DNA from: Candidatus Pacearchaeota archaeon
Lineage (GTDB): Archaea > Nanobdellota > Nanobdellia > Pacearchaeales > GW2011-AR1
Reading direction: 5' to 3'
DNA: 64,000 nucleotides
Assembly (NCBI GenBank): GCA_016866955.1
Contig: VGKT01000001.1
Span: forward strand, 130,556 to 194,555
Position 1 is the first letter of the stretch. Every line of letters starts with the position of its first letter. Positions 46,040 to 54,598 of this stretch are shown here, piece after piece. Below the pieces are notes generated by a model. It saw nothing but the letters and a program-made list of their open reading frames with translations, ran no database searches and had not been told where the DNA came from. Made by a program: the position numbers and the translations under genes.

Positions 46040-47224
46040 ATGAAATGGGTGTTTATTTGTATTCTTTTATTTTCATTTGTTTCTGCACATACTTCCTTCG
46101 AACTTGCAGAAGTATACTCTCCTGAACGCACTATTGTGATGGCCTTGCCCGAGACAATTGTCGGGGAGTTAGACGTAAAAAATGTTTTTTTGATGCGTGA
46201 TGCGCATATAGAAGTACCTTGGGAATATGGAGTAACCGTGCGAGGAAAAGCAAGATATATTTGGGGAGTTACTCCTCGTACCCCTGGAAATTATTCGATA
46301 ATGCTTCGTGACGCATTAGTTATTGTGAATGGCACTCCTCGTGTGCAAGATGTACTGTTTCCTTTTATGATACGAGGAAATAGTTCATTGTATTCATTTA
46401 CTCCAGGAGTAATTGATCTAAATCAGAGTACGATACTTACCTTGACTTCACGTGCAAATACACGCCTTACTCTCCCTCTTGAAAGCGAAGGAAAAACAGA
46501 ACTTTCACTTTTACCTGGAACGAATAAGATTAATTTAACAACAACAGGGATTGGATTCAAAGAACATTTGATTCTTGGAGAGTATGATGTGCCTCTTCTT
46601 GGTAAGGAAGAACAGACCTCTCGAATTCTTCCTCGATTTAGCATTTCACCTGGGTCTCTTTCATTTCGAGGAGGGATAGGAAGCACTACCAAGTGGTCGG
46701 TCAATATAACAAATGAAGAATTGAAAGATCAAAAACTTACCTTTGAATGGAATGCCTCGCTTGTTACAGTTACTCCTCGTTCACTTACTTTGCAAGAGAT
46801 GAGTGAACTTACTGTTTCATTAGCACAACCTTTACGTACCTCTTTTACCACGGTAATTATGATTTACTCAGGCAATTATTCTTATCCTCTGACTGTGTCC
46901 ATTCTTCTTACTCAACCCCTTAATGAAACATCTCGTGAACGGAATTATTCTGCATTATTTTGCGGTGAAGTTCCTGGATTCCTCTGTTCTCAAGATGCAC
47001 GATGTGCAGAAGAACCCTTACCGGTAGGAGGACTAGCCCCTGGACAAATCTGTTGTCCAATTGCTTGTACTAGTCCTTCAGAACCTAGTTCCTTAACTCC
47101 TTGGTTACTCTTCCTTGGTGCGTGCGTACTTGCAGGGGGCGCATATTATTATTACAAAGTAAAAAAGACGCCTGATGCATTTGAAGAACGCATCAAAAGT
47201 GCTGAAAAGAAAATACACCCTTAA
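46040..47224 (+). CDS. secreted, C-terminally anchored hypothetical protein (beta-rich, N-glycosylation sequons)
   Basis: 394 aa with a signal peptide. A Cys cluster (FCGEVPGFLCSQDARC...ICCPIAC) lies just before the TM helix. TCTTTAAATAAG lies at 46009-46020. Confidence 0.5.
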   Translation: MKWVFICILLFSFVSAHTSFELAEVYSPERTIVMALPETIVGELDVKNVFLMRDAHIEVPWEYGVTVRGKARYIWGVTPRTPGNYSIMLRDALVIVNGTPRVQDVLFPFMIRGNSSLYSFTPGVIDLNQSTILTLTSRANTRLTLPLESEGKTELSLLPGTNKINLTTTGIGFKEHLILGEYDVPLLGKEEQTSRILPRFSISPGSLSFRGGIGSTTKWSVNITNEELKDQKLTFEWNASLVTVTPRSLTLQEMSELTVSLAQPLRTSFTTVIMIYSGNYSYPLTVSILLTQPLNETSRERNYSALFCGEVPGFLCSQDARCAEEPLPVGGLAPGQICCPIACTSPSEPSSLTPWLLFLGACVLAGGAYYYYKVKKTPDAFEERIKSAEKKIHP

Positions 47225-47231
47225 GTAAAAA

Positions 47232-47747
47232 TTATTTCTTCTTTTTTGATTTCTTTGATTCTTTTTTCTTTTCTGTTGGTTGTTCCTTTACCGGTAGCGG
47301 TTGAGTGGTTTGTTCTTGTTTCTTGAACAAATGAGGAGCAACTTTGTAGAGCTCTTGGGCCATGACATTTTTTTCGTTAAGTAATTTTTTGGAAATAGAA
47401 TCGTAATTATGAAGACGGCTAACTAAGACGTTTGCAAAATGGTTAATTGAAGCATTCGTATAGGTAATTTCTTGAGGGCTGATAATTTCTACATTTGAAG
47501 GCATATATGCAAAGAGCAACCCAAAAAGATGTTCCAATGATTGCGTTTCAAGAGTAACTTCAGCAAATGCTGTAAAGAGATCCTTGGAATCTTTAACTAC
47601 TACCGGTTCATGCATATCTGAGCCAATAACGGCTACTCCTGGTTCTTTGTTAATATTCTGAATAAGTAAATCAAGCGCTCCTGCTACTTCCTCTTTCGGT
47701 CTACCGAGAACTTCTAAAATAATACGGGATTGGACTTTTTCAGCCAT
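47232..47747 (-). CDS. hypothetical cytoplasmic protein with K-rich tail
   Basis: 171-aa ORF ending KKKESKKSKKKK. No family recognised. Confidence 0.45.
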   Translation of the reverse strand: MAEKVQSRIILEVLGRPKEEVAGALDLLIQNINKEPGVAVIGSDMHEPVVVKDSKDLFTAFAEVTLETQSLEHLFGLLFAYMPSNVEIISPQEITYTNASINHFANVLVSRLHNYDSISKKLLNEKNVMAQELYKVAPHLFKKQEQTTQPLPVKEQPTEKKKESKKSKKKK

Positions 47748-47780
47748 AGTATTTCTTTTTGGAAAGGGCTATTTAAACAT

Positions 47781-48452
47781 TCATATTTTGCCCAAAACTA
47801 ATAAGACAAGTATGCCAAAACAGATAAGCGTGAAGAAGGAAATTTTCCAGATGGTTGTTTGCTCGAAAGAAGGTTCTGAAAGAGTATTGAGATAGAGAGG
47901 TGAAAGATTGTTTTGAGGGGGAGAGATAGTATGTATTGCACTTTGAGAGGAAATAGATAAAGGAGTTATTGGTTTTTTTTCCTTTTTTTCCTTTTTTGAA
48001 AGGGGTTCTTTTTGCTCTTCTTCCTTTTCTTCTTCCTGGTTTGATTGAGAAAGAGCAATAGTAAGCGGTTGACAGGTTTCTTCATATGCTGTTTTACCTA
48101 CTTTCCTAAGACGAACACAAAGTTCAGGGTTTATTCCGGTTTGTACGATCTTCAATGTGAAAGAAGTTTGCGTAGGAAATACTCCTTTGAGATAATAAAA
48201 TGTTGATTTTTCCTTTCCATCAACAATTATTTTCGAAAGATTTTGTAACTCTTGTGCTTGGACAAAGAGTTTGATATCGGCAGTTGTAGAGTCCTCGTGT
48301 GAAAGAGTAAGGGTGAAAGAATCGCCCATCTCAATGGAAGAAGGGGCCGAGAAGGATAAGGCAGAGGTAAAAGAACTAATGAAGATAGCCGTAACTACTG
48401 CGAGCAACCAGTTCATGCTGGTCTGTAAAGAGATAGGCTGTGTCTCGATCAT
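47781..48452 (-). CDS. hypothetical secreted/anchored protein
   Basis: 223 aa. The likely start is MNWLLAVVTAIF at 48416. It has an N-terminal signal, an E/K-rich linker and a C-terminal TM helix (ISFFTLICFGILVLLVL). It overlaps the nuclease gene's 3' end. Confidence 0.45.
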   Translation of the reverse strand: MIETQPISLQTSMNWLLAVVTAIFISSFTSALSFSAPSSIEMGDSFTLTLSHEDSTTADIKLFVQAQELQNLSKIIVDGKEKSTFYYLKGVFPTQTSFTLKIVQTGINPELCVRLRKVGKTAYEETCQPLTIALSQSNQEEEKEEEQKEPLSKKEKKEKKPITPLSISSQSAIHTISPPQNNLSPLYLNTLSEPSFEQTTIWKISFFTLICFGILVLLVLGKI

Positions 48453-49116
48453 TGTTCCAGACGTTTCCTACGCCCCATGAGAGATCGGTAGCATCTTGTG
48501 CTGATTCACTCCAAAGCGTTGTATTTCGACAAAGACCTTTGAACTTATAGGTTTTTCTACTTTCATCTTTAAGGTACCATCCATTGATTGTATCTGCATA
48601 ACAAGTACAGGTTATTTGTATTGCTTCTTTTTTCTCATCTATAGCTAAAGCAATGCAACCAAAAAAAGGAGACTTTTTCCAAATTCCTTTACTTGCATCC
48701 ACTGCTTGTTGTTCTGCTCGTGCAAACTTCTTACGTTCTTCTTCTTGAACTAAAAATATTGAAGCAAGCCCTTGTTGTACTAAATCAAGATTAAGATAGT
48801 TCTTTCCTACATAAATACGAGCAAGAAGACGATGATATTTGTCAGTACCCAGAATTTCTATCATTACTTCTGTTCCTTCATATTTTTTCATATAGCTTAT
48901 TGCCTCGAGACTTAAGGGAGACTCTTTTTCAGGAGTATTGATATTTACTAATCGTACTGTTCTACCATCGGTTGTTTTGAAAGTATCTCCATCAATAACT
49001 CGCTCAATTACTACGATTTCTTTTTCAGAATGTTCCTTGATGGTTAATAACGTAAATGTGTTATAGAGGGCAAGGGTACAGACCAATGCAAGAAGAAGCG
49101 CGTATATGAATCGCAT
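48376..49116 (-). CDS. secreted thermonuclease (SNase) fused to a lamin-tail-like domain
   Basis: 246 aa with an N-terminal TM/signal. The SNase part reads VIDGDTFKT..GRTVRLVNINTPE...DKYHRLLARIY...LVQQGLA. The C-terminal part reads GWYLKDESRKTYKF...VWNNDRDTAYLFTDQHELV. Confidence 0.7.
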   Translation of the reverse strand: MRFIYALLLALVCTLALYNTFTLLTIKEHSEKEIVVIERVIDGDTFKTTDGRTVRLVNINTPEKESPLSLEAISYMKKYEGTEVMIEILGTDKYHRLLARIYVGKNYLNLDLVQQGLASIFLVQEEERKKFARAEQQAVDASKGIWKKSPFFGCIALAIDEKKEAIQITCTCYADTINGWYLKDESRKTYKFKGLCRNTTLWSESAQDATDLSWGVGNVWNNDRDTAYLFTDQHELVARSSYGYLH

Positions 49117-49195
49117 AAGAAGAAAGAGGTTTTTTTCTTTAAAAATCCTATTTAGGAAACATTAAAAAGAAACAAATGCTCTTTTACTTGGAGAA

Positions 49196-50311
49196 ATGAT
49201 GGGATACGACTTTATTATTCTTGGTGGAACAGGTATTCAGGGACGCATTTGTGCTCGAGATATGTTAGAATCGGGATATCGCGTGTTGTTAGCGGGACGA
49301 GACCCCTCTTCTATCCGACACTTGCTTACAACCTGGAAAAGGAAAAGTGCGTTTCTAAAGCTAAATTTAGAAGATGCTTCTGCATTACGTAAAGCTATAC
49401 GAAATTCTGGGGCACGCGTCGTAGTAAACTGTGCTGAACTTGAATTTAATGTGCAAGTTATGAAAGCCTGTCTTGCAGAACGTGTCTCATGCACTGATTT
49501 AGGGGGGCTACAACGAATTACTGCACAACAGTTTAAGCTACATAAAGCATTCCAAAAAAAGAATATACTCTGTTTAACTGGTTGTGGTTCTACCCCTGGA
49601 ATCGCGAATGTTCTTGTACGATACGGAGCAGAATATTTTGACAAAGTCGAAACTATTGACTTAGGATTTGCTTGGGATTCTGACCCTAAAGTATTTGTGG
49701 TGCCTTATTCAATACCCAGTATCTTCGCTGAATTCAGAGAAAAGCCAATCATTTTCGAAAAAGGAGCATTTGTGACTAAACCGCACTATACTTTGAGTAA
49801 AACGTTTCCGGTTCTCGGAAAACAAACAGTACGTGGGATCGTCCATTCAGAAGTGTATACGTTCCCTCGATATTTCCCATCGTTATATTCAGTGCGTTAT
49901 TTAGCAGGCTTTCCTGATCATAGTCGTACCTATATTGAAGCACTCTTACGTTTACACGGTGATACTCCTGAAGAACTCCCCCATACGCTGGCGTTACTTA
50001 AACATTTAATACCCCCTAAAGGTTATACTGAACAAGAGATTATTTGGGTTGAAATGAATGGAAAAAAAAGAGAAAGGCGTTTACAACTTCATCTCAAATG
50101 TTTTGTAACTACTCAACCAGGATGGGAAGAGGCAGGCAGCAATATTGACACTGGAAGAACTATAAGCGTACTTAGTCAAATGGTTTTTCGACAAGAAATC
50201 AAAGAATATGGCGTGCATGCCCCTGAAGGTGTTGTTGCCTGGAAACCTTTTTTCAAAGAATTGGCACATCGTCATATGTACGTAACTTGTAACGGAAAAC
50301 GTATTAATTAG
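49196..50311 (+). CDS. saccharopine dehydrogenase-like NAD(P)-binding oxidoreductase
   Basis: 371 aa with the Rossmann motif FIILGGTGIQGRICARDML and a later GCGSTPGIANV. Confidence 0.6.
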   Translation: MMGYDFIILGGTGIQGRICARDMLESGYRVLLAGRDPSSIRHLLTTWKRKSAFLKLNLEDASALRKAIRNSGARVVVNCAELEFNVQVMKACLAERVSCTDLGGLQRITAQQFKLHKAFQKKNILCLTGCGSTPGIANVLVRYGAEYFDKVETIDLGFAWDSDPKVFVVPYSIPSIFAEFREKPIIFEKGAFVTKPHYTLSKTFPVLGKQTVRGIVHSEVYTFPRYFPSLYSVRYLAGFPDHSRTYIEALLRLHGDTPEELPHTLALLKHLIPPKGYTEQEIIWVEMNGKKRERRLQLHLKCFVTTQPGWEEAGSNIDTGRTISVLSQMVFRQEIKEYGVHAPEGVVAWKPFFKELAHRHMYVTCNGKRIN

Positions 50312-50357
50312 TTTTTTGAATAACAATTTTTATATAGTGTGCGGCGGTGATGGCGAC

Positions 50358-51299
50358 ATGAGAGATGACTACGATTTTATTATTATCGGAGCAGGAGTTA
50401 CTGGACTATCTGCTGCAATGTACGCTGCACGACTAGGATTAAAAACGCTTTGTTTAGGGGCAACTTCAAGTTCTGAATTACCGGTAGGGGGAGTCATTAC
50501 AACAACGAATATCGTAGAAAATTATCCAGGATTTATCCGTTTAACAGGAACTGAACTTGCTGAAGCTATTGAAAAACATGCACGTTCATACGACTTGGTC
50601 ACAATCATTAAAGATAAAGTGCAAGCGATAATGAGGAAAGGAATGCATTTCACTGTGCAAGGCAAAAAAGAAACATATTTCTGTAAAACAGTTTTATTTG
50701 CTACTGGAACTAAATGGAAGCAATTAGAGATACCTGGAAGTAAAGAATTCGAGAATAGGGGCGTCGTTTACTGTGCACTTTGCGATGCTCCTCTTTTTAA
50801 AAATAAAGTAGTTTGCGTGGTAGGTGGATCAGATAGTGCAGCAAAGGATGCTTTAGTAGTAGCTGAACATGCCTCTAAAGTTTACCTCATTTATCGAGGA
50901 AAGGAGATACGTTCTGAACCTATTAATACTGCTCGAGTTAAGGCCCACCCAAGGATAGAAATTATTACTGAGACGAACTTGACTGCAATTAACGGAGAGA
51001 AAAGCGTGAGTAATGTTTTTTTAGACAAACCTTACCAAGGGAGTAAAACGCTTGCACTGCAAGGCGTATTTGTAGCTATTGGTCATGTTGCACTTTCTGA
51101 TTTGGCAGTCCCATTAGGCGTTGCATTGAACGCAAAAAAAGAGATTATTATTAATCATAAAACATCTGAAACAAACGTGCAGGGGGTTTATGCTGCAGGA
51201 GATGTAGGTGATAAGCCTTTCAAGCAAGCAATAACAGGAGTATCTGAAGGGTGCACTGCCGCATGGTCTGCATATGAATATATCTCAAAGCAGCGATAG
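50358..51299 (+). CDS. trxB: thioredoxin reductase-like flavoprotein
   Basis: DFIIIGAGVTGLSAAMYAAR, redox pair CALCD, VVGGSDSAAKDAL and GVYAAGDV. I chose the ATG at 50358. Confidence 0.8.
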   Translation: MRDDYDFIIIGAGVTGLSAAMYAARLGLKTLCLGATSSSELPVGGVITTTNIVENYPGFIRLTGTELAEAIEKHARSYDLVTIIKDKVQAIMRKGMHFTVQGKKETYFCKTVLFATGTKWKQLEIPGSKEFENRGVVYCALCDAPLFKNKVVCVVGGSDSAAKDALVVAEHASKVYLIYRGKEIRSEPINTARVKAHPRIEIITETNLTAINGEKSVSNVFLDKPYQGSKTLALQGVFVAIGHVALSDLAVPLGVALNAKKEIIINHKTSETNVQGVYAAGDVGDKPFKQAITGVSEGCTAAWSAYEYISKQR

Positions 51300-51344
51300 T
51301 TACGATTACATGACATTTTTAAACTATAAATACTTAAATTTTTT

Positions 51345-51815
51345 ATGAATAAACGAGGTCTCTCACCTGTTGTGGCAACAGCTCTTTTGATTACAATTGC
51401 AGTTATTTTAGCAGCAATCCTTTTCTTCTGGGCGCGAGGATTGTTAACTGAGCAAAATCAAAAATTTGGAGAAGCTGTTGAAAATTCGTGTGAACGGGTT
51501 ATTTTCAAAGCTGAAGCGTTTGGAGATTCACTCTCTGTTTTAAATCGAGGAAATGTTCCCCTCTATGCTGTGGATGTACGTGTTGAAAATGCTGCTGAAG
51601 GGTCCATAGAATTTGTTAAAGCGTTTCGAGATAGTGCCAGTGGTAAAGAAGTCACTATCCCTCAAGGGTCTACTGCGCGAATAAATATTTCAGGACAAGG
51701 AATCGTACCAGGAAATACCTTATTGATACAGCCGGTTTTGTTAGGAAGTAAAGGAGGACAATCAGAAGTATACGCTTGTGAACGAAAAGCTATGCGTATC
51801 ACGGTTGCATCTTAA
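51345..51815 (+). CDS. archaeal type IV pilin-like protein (class III signal peptide)
   Basis: MNKRG/LSPVVATALLITIAVILAAILFF is the canonical archaeal pilin N-terminus. A TTTTTAAA box lies ~25 nt upstream. Confidence 0.75.
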   Translation: MNKRGLSPVVATALLITIAVILAAILFFWARGLLTEQNQKFGEAVENSCERVIFKAEAFGDSLSVLNRGNVPLYAVDVRVENAAEGSIEFVKAFRDSASGKEVTIPQGSTARINISGQGIVPGNTLLIQPVLLGSKGGQSEVYACERKAMRITVAS

Positions 51816-52317
51816 AATAGTACAACGAGGATTTTCGGCTATTGTTGCAACAGTGCTTATTGTAAGTTTAACGGTTATTATTGGTGCGGTACTGGCAGCG
51901 TATGTTATTCCATTCGTAAAAGATACTCTTTCAGGAAGTACGAGCTGTGTAGGTATTGCAAATTATTATTCATTTACCCAATCTACGGGATATAATTGTT
52001 ATACTTCTTCGCACTATAAGCTCTCTCTTGCTCAACGAGCAGATGGCAAAGGGGCAGAACAGATTGTAGGATTTAATTTAGTATTGGAAAGTGCTGATGG
52101 GGCAGGTACGCTTTTGGAAGCTCGTGCAACAACTGGCCCAACACTTATTTTCTTAAATGGGAGTACAACCTATCCGGGATTGCCAGGGCCTGGGAACATC
52201 AAAACCTACCGTTATAATTCTACTACTCGATATACTCGAGCAAAAGTGTATGCAGTGTTAGCTTCAGGTAAATCGTGTGACCAACAAGAGGGAGTAATTA
52301 CTTTACGCCAATGTTAA
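51778..52317 (+). CDS. archaeal type IV pilin-like protein
   Basis: ...IVQRG/FSAIVATVLIVSLTVIIGAVL. The real start may be the TTG at 51805 (MHLKIVQRG...), since the track ATG at 51778 overlaps the upstream gene by 38 nt. Confidence 0.65.
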   Translation: MNEKLCVSRLHLKIVQRGFSAIVATVLIVSLTVIIGAVLAAYVIPFVKDTLSGSTSCVGIANYYSFTQSTGYNCYTSSHYKLSLAQRADGKGAEQIVGFNLVLESADGAGTLLEARATTGPTLIFLNGSTTYPGLPGPGNIKTYRYNSTTRYTRAKVYAVLASGKSCDQQEGVITLRQC

Positions 52318-52835
52318 TGCGAGGACAGATTTGGGTTGAAACCGTATTGTATACGCTTTTAGGACTGGGATTGATGGGGCTTGTTATGGCATTTGCATTA
52401 CCGAAGATTACTGCTTCACAAGAACGAGCAGTTGTTGAACAGAGCATACAAAGTATGAATGCCCTTTATGGTGCAATTGAAACAGTGCAAACACGAGGTA
52501 CAGGAAATGTTAAAGTGGTGAGTTTTACGTTGCAAGCAGGCAATTTAGTAATTGATGGAACAAATGATACACTCGTTCTTACCTTGCCTGAACAAAAAAG
52601 TAAATATTCACAACCTGGTTCTCCAATTGAACAAGGCCCTGTAACGATTCTCACTGAAGAGCGATCAGGAAGCTACCAAGTTCTTCTCAGCGTTGCATTA
52701 CCTCGTATTAATCTTACCCTAAGTGGTTTAGATGATCAAAAAACATTAACTGCGGTAAGTACTGCGCATCGTATTACTGTGAGTGCTATTGGTACTCAAT
52801 CTGATCGTATGATTGTTTCTTTAGAGACAAGTTAA
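52311..52835 (+). CDS. type IV pilin-like protein
   Basis: M(LM)RG/QIWVETVLYTLLGLGLMGLVMAF has Glu at +5 after the Gly. The ATG at 52317 forms a TAATG overlap with the upstream stop. Confidence 0.6.
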   Translation: MLMRGQIWVETVLYTLLGLGLMGLVMAFALPKITASQERAVVEQSIQSMNALYGAIETVQTRGTGNVKVVSFTLQAGNLVIDGTNDTLVLTLPEQKSKYSQPGSPIEQGPVTILTEERSGSYQVLLSVALPRINLTLSGLDDQKTLTAVSTAHRITVSAIGTQSDRMIVSLETS

Positions 52836-52874
52836 CCAGAAGTTTTAAATACATTTTTACTTTATTACTATACA

Positions 52875-54401
52875 ATGGTGATATCTTTAAATTTAAATCC
52901 GAGCGTACCTAAGCTTCCCCGCATAGAGAATAAACAAGCTGTTGATGTACGATATATGCTTATTCCTCCTTATGCAGGAGCCCATATTTCTTGGAATGCG
53001 GAAACTAATGAATTAGTGTATGATTTAGAAGAACCTGTGTTACAAGATAAAGAAAAAGATGCCCTTAAGCGTATTGAAAATGCGTTGTTCGAATTGATTA
53101 ATATAAATATTACAGTGGAAAATACTCCTGAAGCAACAATCGCCTATTTGGATAAAACTTCTCGTTTATTGATAAGTGAATTAAATATTGCAATTAGTGA
53201 AGAATCATATCAAAAATTATTTTATTATTTATATCGAGATTTTGTAGGTATGAATGAAATTGAAGCATTGCTTAAAGATTATTTTATTGAAGATATTGAA
53301 TGTAATGGAATCGGTTCTCCGTTGTATGTTATTCATAGAGTATATCGTAATATTCGTACTAATGTTGTATTTCATGACCTAGATAAACTTGCAGGATTCG
53401 TAGAAAAATTGGCTCAACGTGCTGGTCGATATATCTCGTACGCTCAACCATTATTAGATGGTAGTTTACCTGATGGAAGCAGAGTCAATGCTTCTTATAC
53501 AAAAGACGTCACTTCTAAAGGCCCAACATTTACTATTCGTAAATTTACTAAAATCCCTTGGACCCCTACTCAATTACTTTCATTTAATTCAATTAGTCCA
53601 GAGATGCTTGCGTACTTCTGGTTATTGATAGAACATAAATCAAGTATTTTAGTTGCTGGAGGAACAGGAAGTGGAAAAACGACGTTGCTCAACGCCCTTG
53701 CATTCTTTATTCCTCCTGAAGCACGAGTAGTTAGTATTGAAGATACTCGTGAAATTAATCTTCCACGTGAGAACTGGTTACCTTCTGTTGCTCGCCCTTC
53801 TGTTGGATCAAGTAAAGTAGGAGAAATTGATTTATTTGCTTTGTTGAAAGCTTCATTCAGACAGACGCCGGATTATTTAATTGTGGGAGAAGTGCGAGGA
53901 AAAGAAGCATTCGTTTTGTTCCAGGGTATGGCTTCTGGTCACGCTTCATTGAGTACTATGCACGCAGACTCGGTAGATACCTTGATTAAACGTCTTGAAA
54001 CTCCCCCTATTGAACTTTCCCCGAGTCTGGTAAATACTCTTGATTGTGTGGCTGTTGCAACGCATGCAGTTATTAATCAAAAAGAAACAAGAAAATTAAA
54101 AGAGATTGTCGAAATTGTAAATGTTAATGGTGATGGTACTGCAATTGTAAACACTCCGTTTATTTGGGATCCTGCGCAAGATAAATTCTTCTTTAGAAAA
54201 CAAAGTAAAGTATTGGAGAAAATATCCACTCGGACAGGTATCCCTTTGGCAACTTTGCAAAATGAACTAGTTATTCGTTCTAAACTGTTATACCACCTCT
54301 ATCAAAAAAAGATTTTTGGATTTGAAGAAATTGGAAAAATAGTAAATCTCTATCATAAAGACCCTGCTGCTGTTTTGGCCCAATATCCCGTCGATGCATA
54401 A
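52875..54401 (+). CDS. type II/IV secretion ATPase (FlaI/PilB/TadA family)
   Basis: 508 aa. Walker A is VAGGTGSGKTTLLNAL, followed by VSIEDTREI, LIVGEVRGKEA and GHASLSTMHA. Confidence 0.85.
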   Translation: MVISLNLNPSVPKLPRIENKQAVDVRYMLIPPYAGAHISWNAETNELVYDLEEPVLQDKEKDALKRIENALFELININITVENTPEATIAYLDKTSRLLISELNIAISEESYQKLFYYLYRDFVGMNEIEALLKDYFIEDIECNGIGSPLYVIHRVYRNIRTNVVFHDLDKLAGFVEKLAQRAGRYISYAQPLLDGSLPDGSRVNASYTKDVTSKGPTFTIRKFTKIPWTPTQLLSFNSISPEMLAYFWLLIEHKSSILVAGGTGSGKTTLLNALAFFIPPEARVVSIEDTREINLPRENWLPSVARPSVGSSKVGEIDLFALLKASFRQTPDYLIVGEVRGKEAFVLFQGMASGHASLSTMHADSVDTLIKRLETPPIELSPSLVNTLDCVAVATHAVINQKETRKLKEIVEIVNVNGDGTAIVNTPFIWDPAQDKFFFRKQSKVLEKISTRTGIPLATLQNELVIRSKLLYHLYQKKIFGFEEIGKIVNLYHKDPAAVLAQYPVDA

Positions 54402-54436
54402 AGAACATATATAAACTGAATTCGTCATGGAGGAAT

Positions 54437-54598
54437 ATGAATCAAGAGCAGGTGATTACTCTTACTAGTTTATTATCTGCTATGCAAGATGCAATTACTC
54501 TTCTTGAGCAAGCAAAGAAAAAAAACGACGTTGAACTTGCTACAAAAACGAAACGATTACTATTAGATTTACAACAACAGGCGGAAAAAACAGTATGA
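54437..54598 (+). CDS. small coiled-coil protein (53 aa, below the ORF-track cut-off)
   Basis: MNQEQVITLTSLLSAMQDAITLLEQAKKKNDVELATKTKRLLLDLQQQAEKTV. A GGAGG lies 4 nt upstream of the ATG. Its stop overlaps the next ATG (ATGA). Confidence 0.5.
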   Translation: MNQEQVITLTSLLSAMQDAITLLEQAKKKNDVELATKTKRLLLDLQQQAEKTV

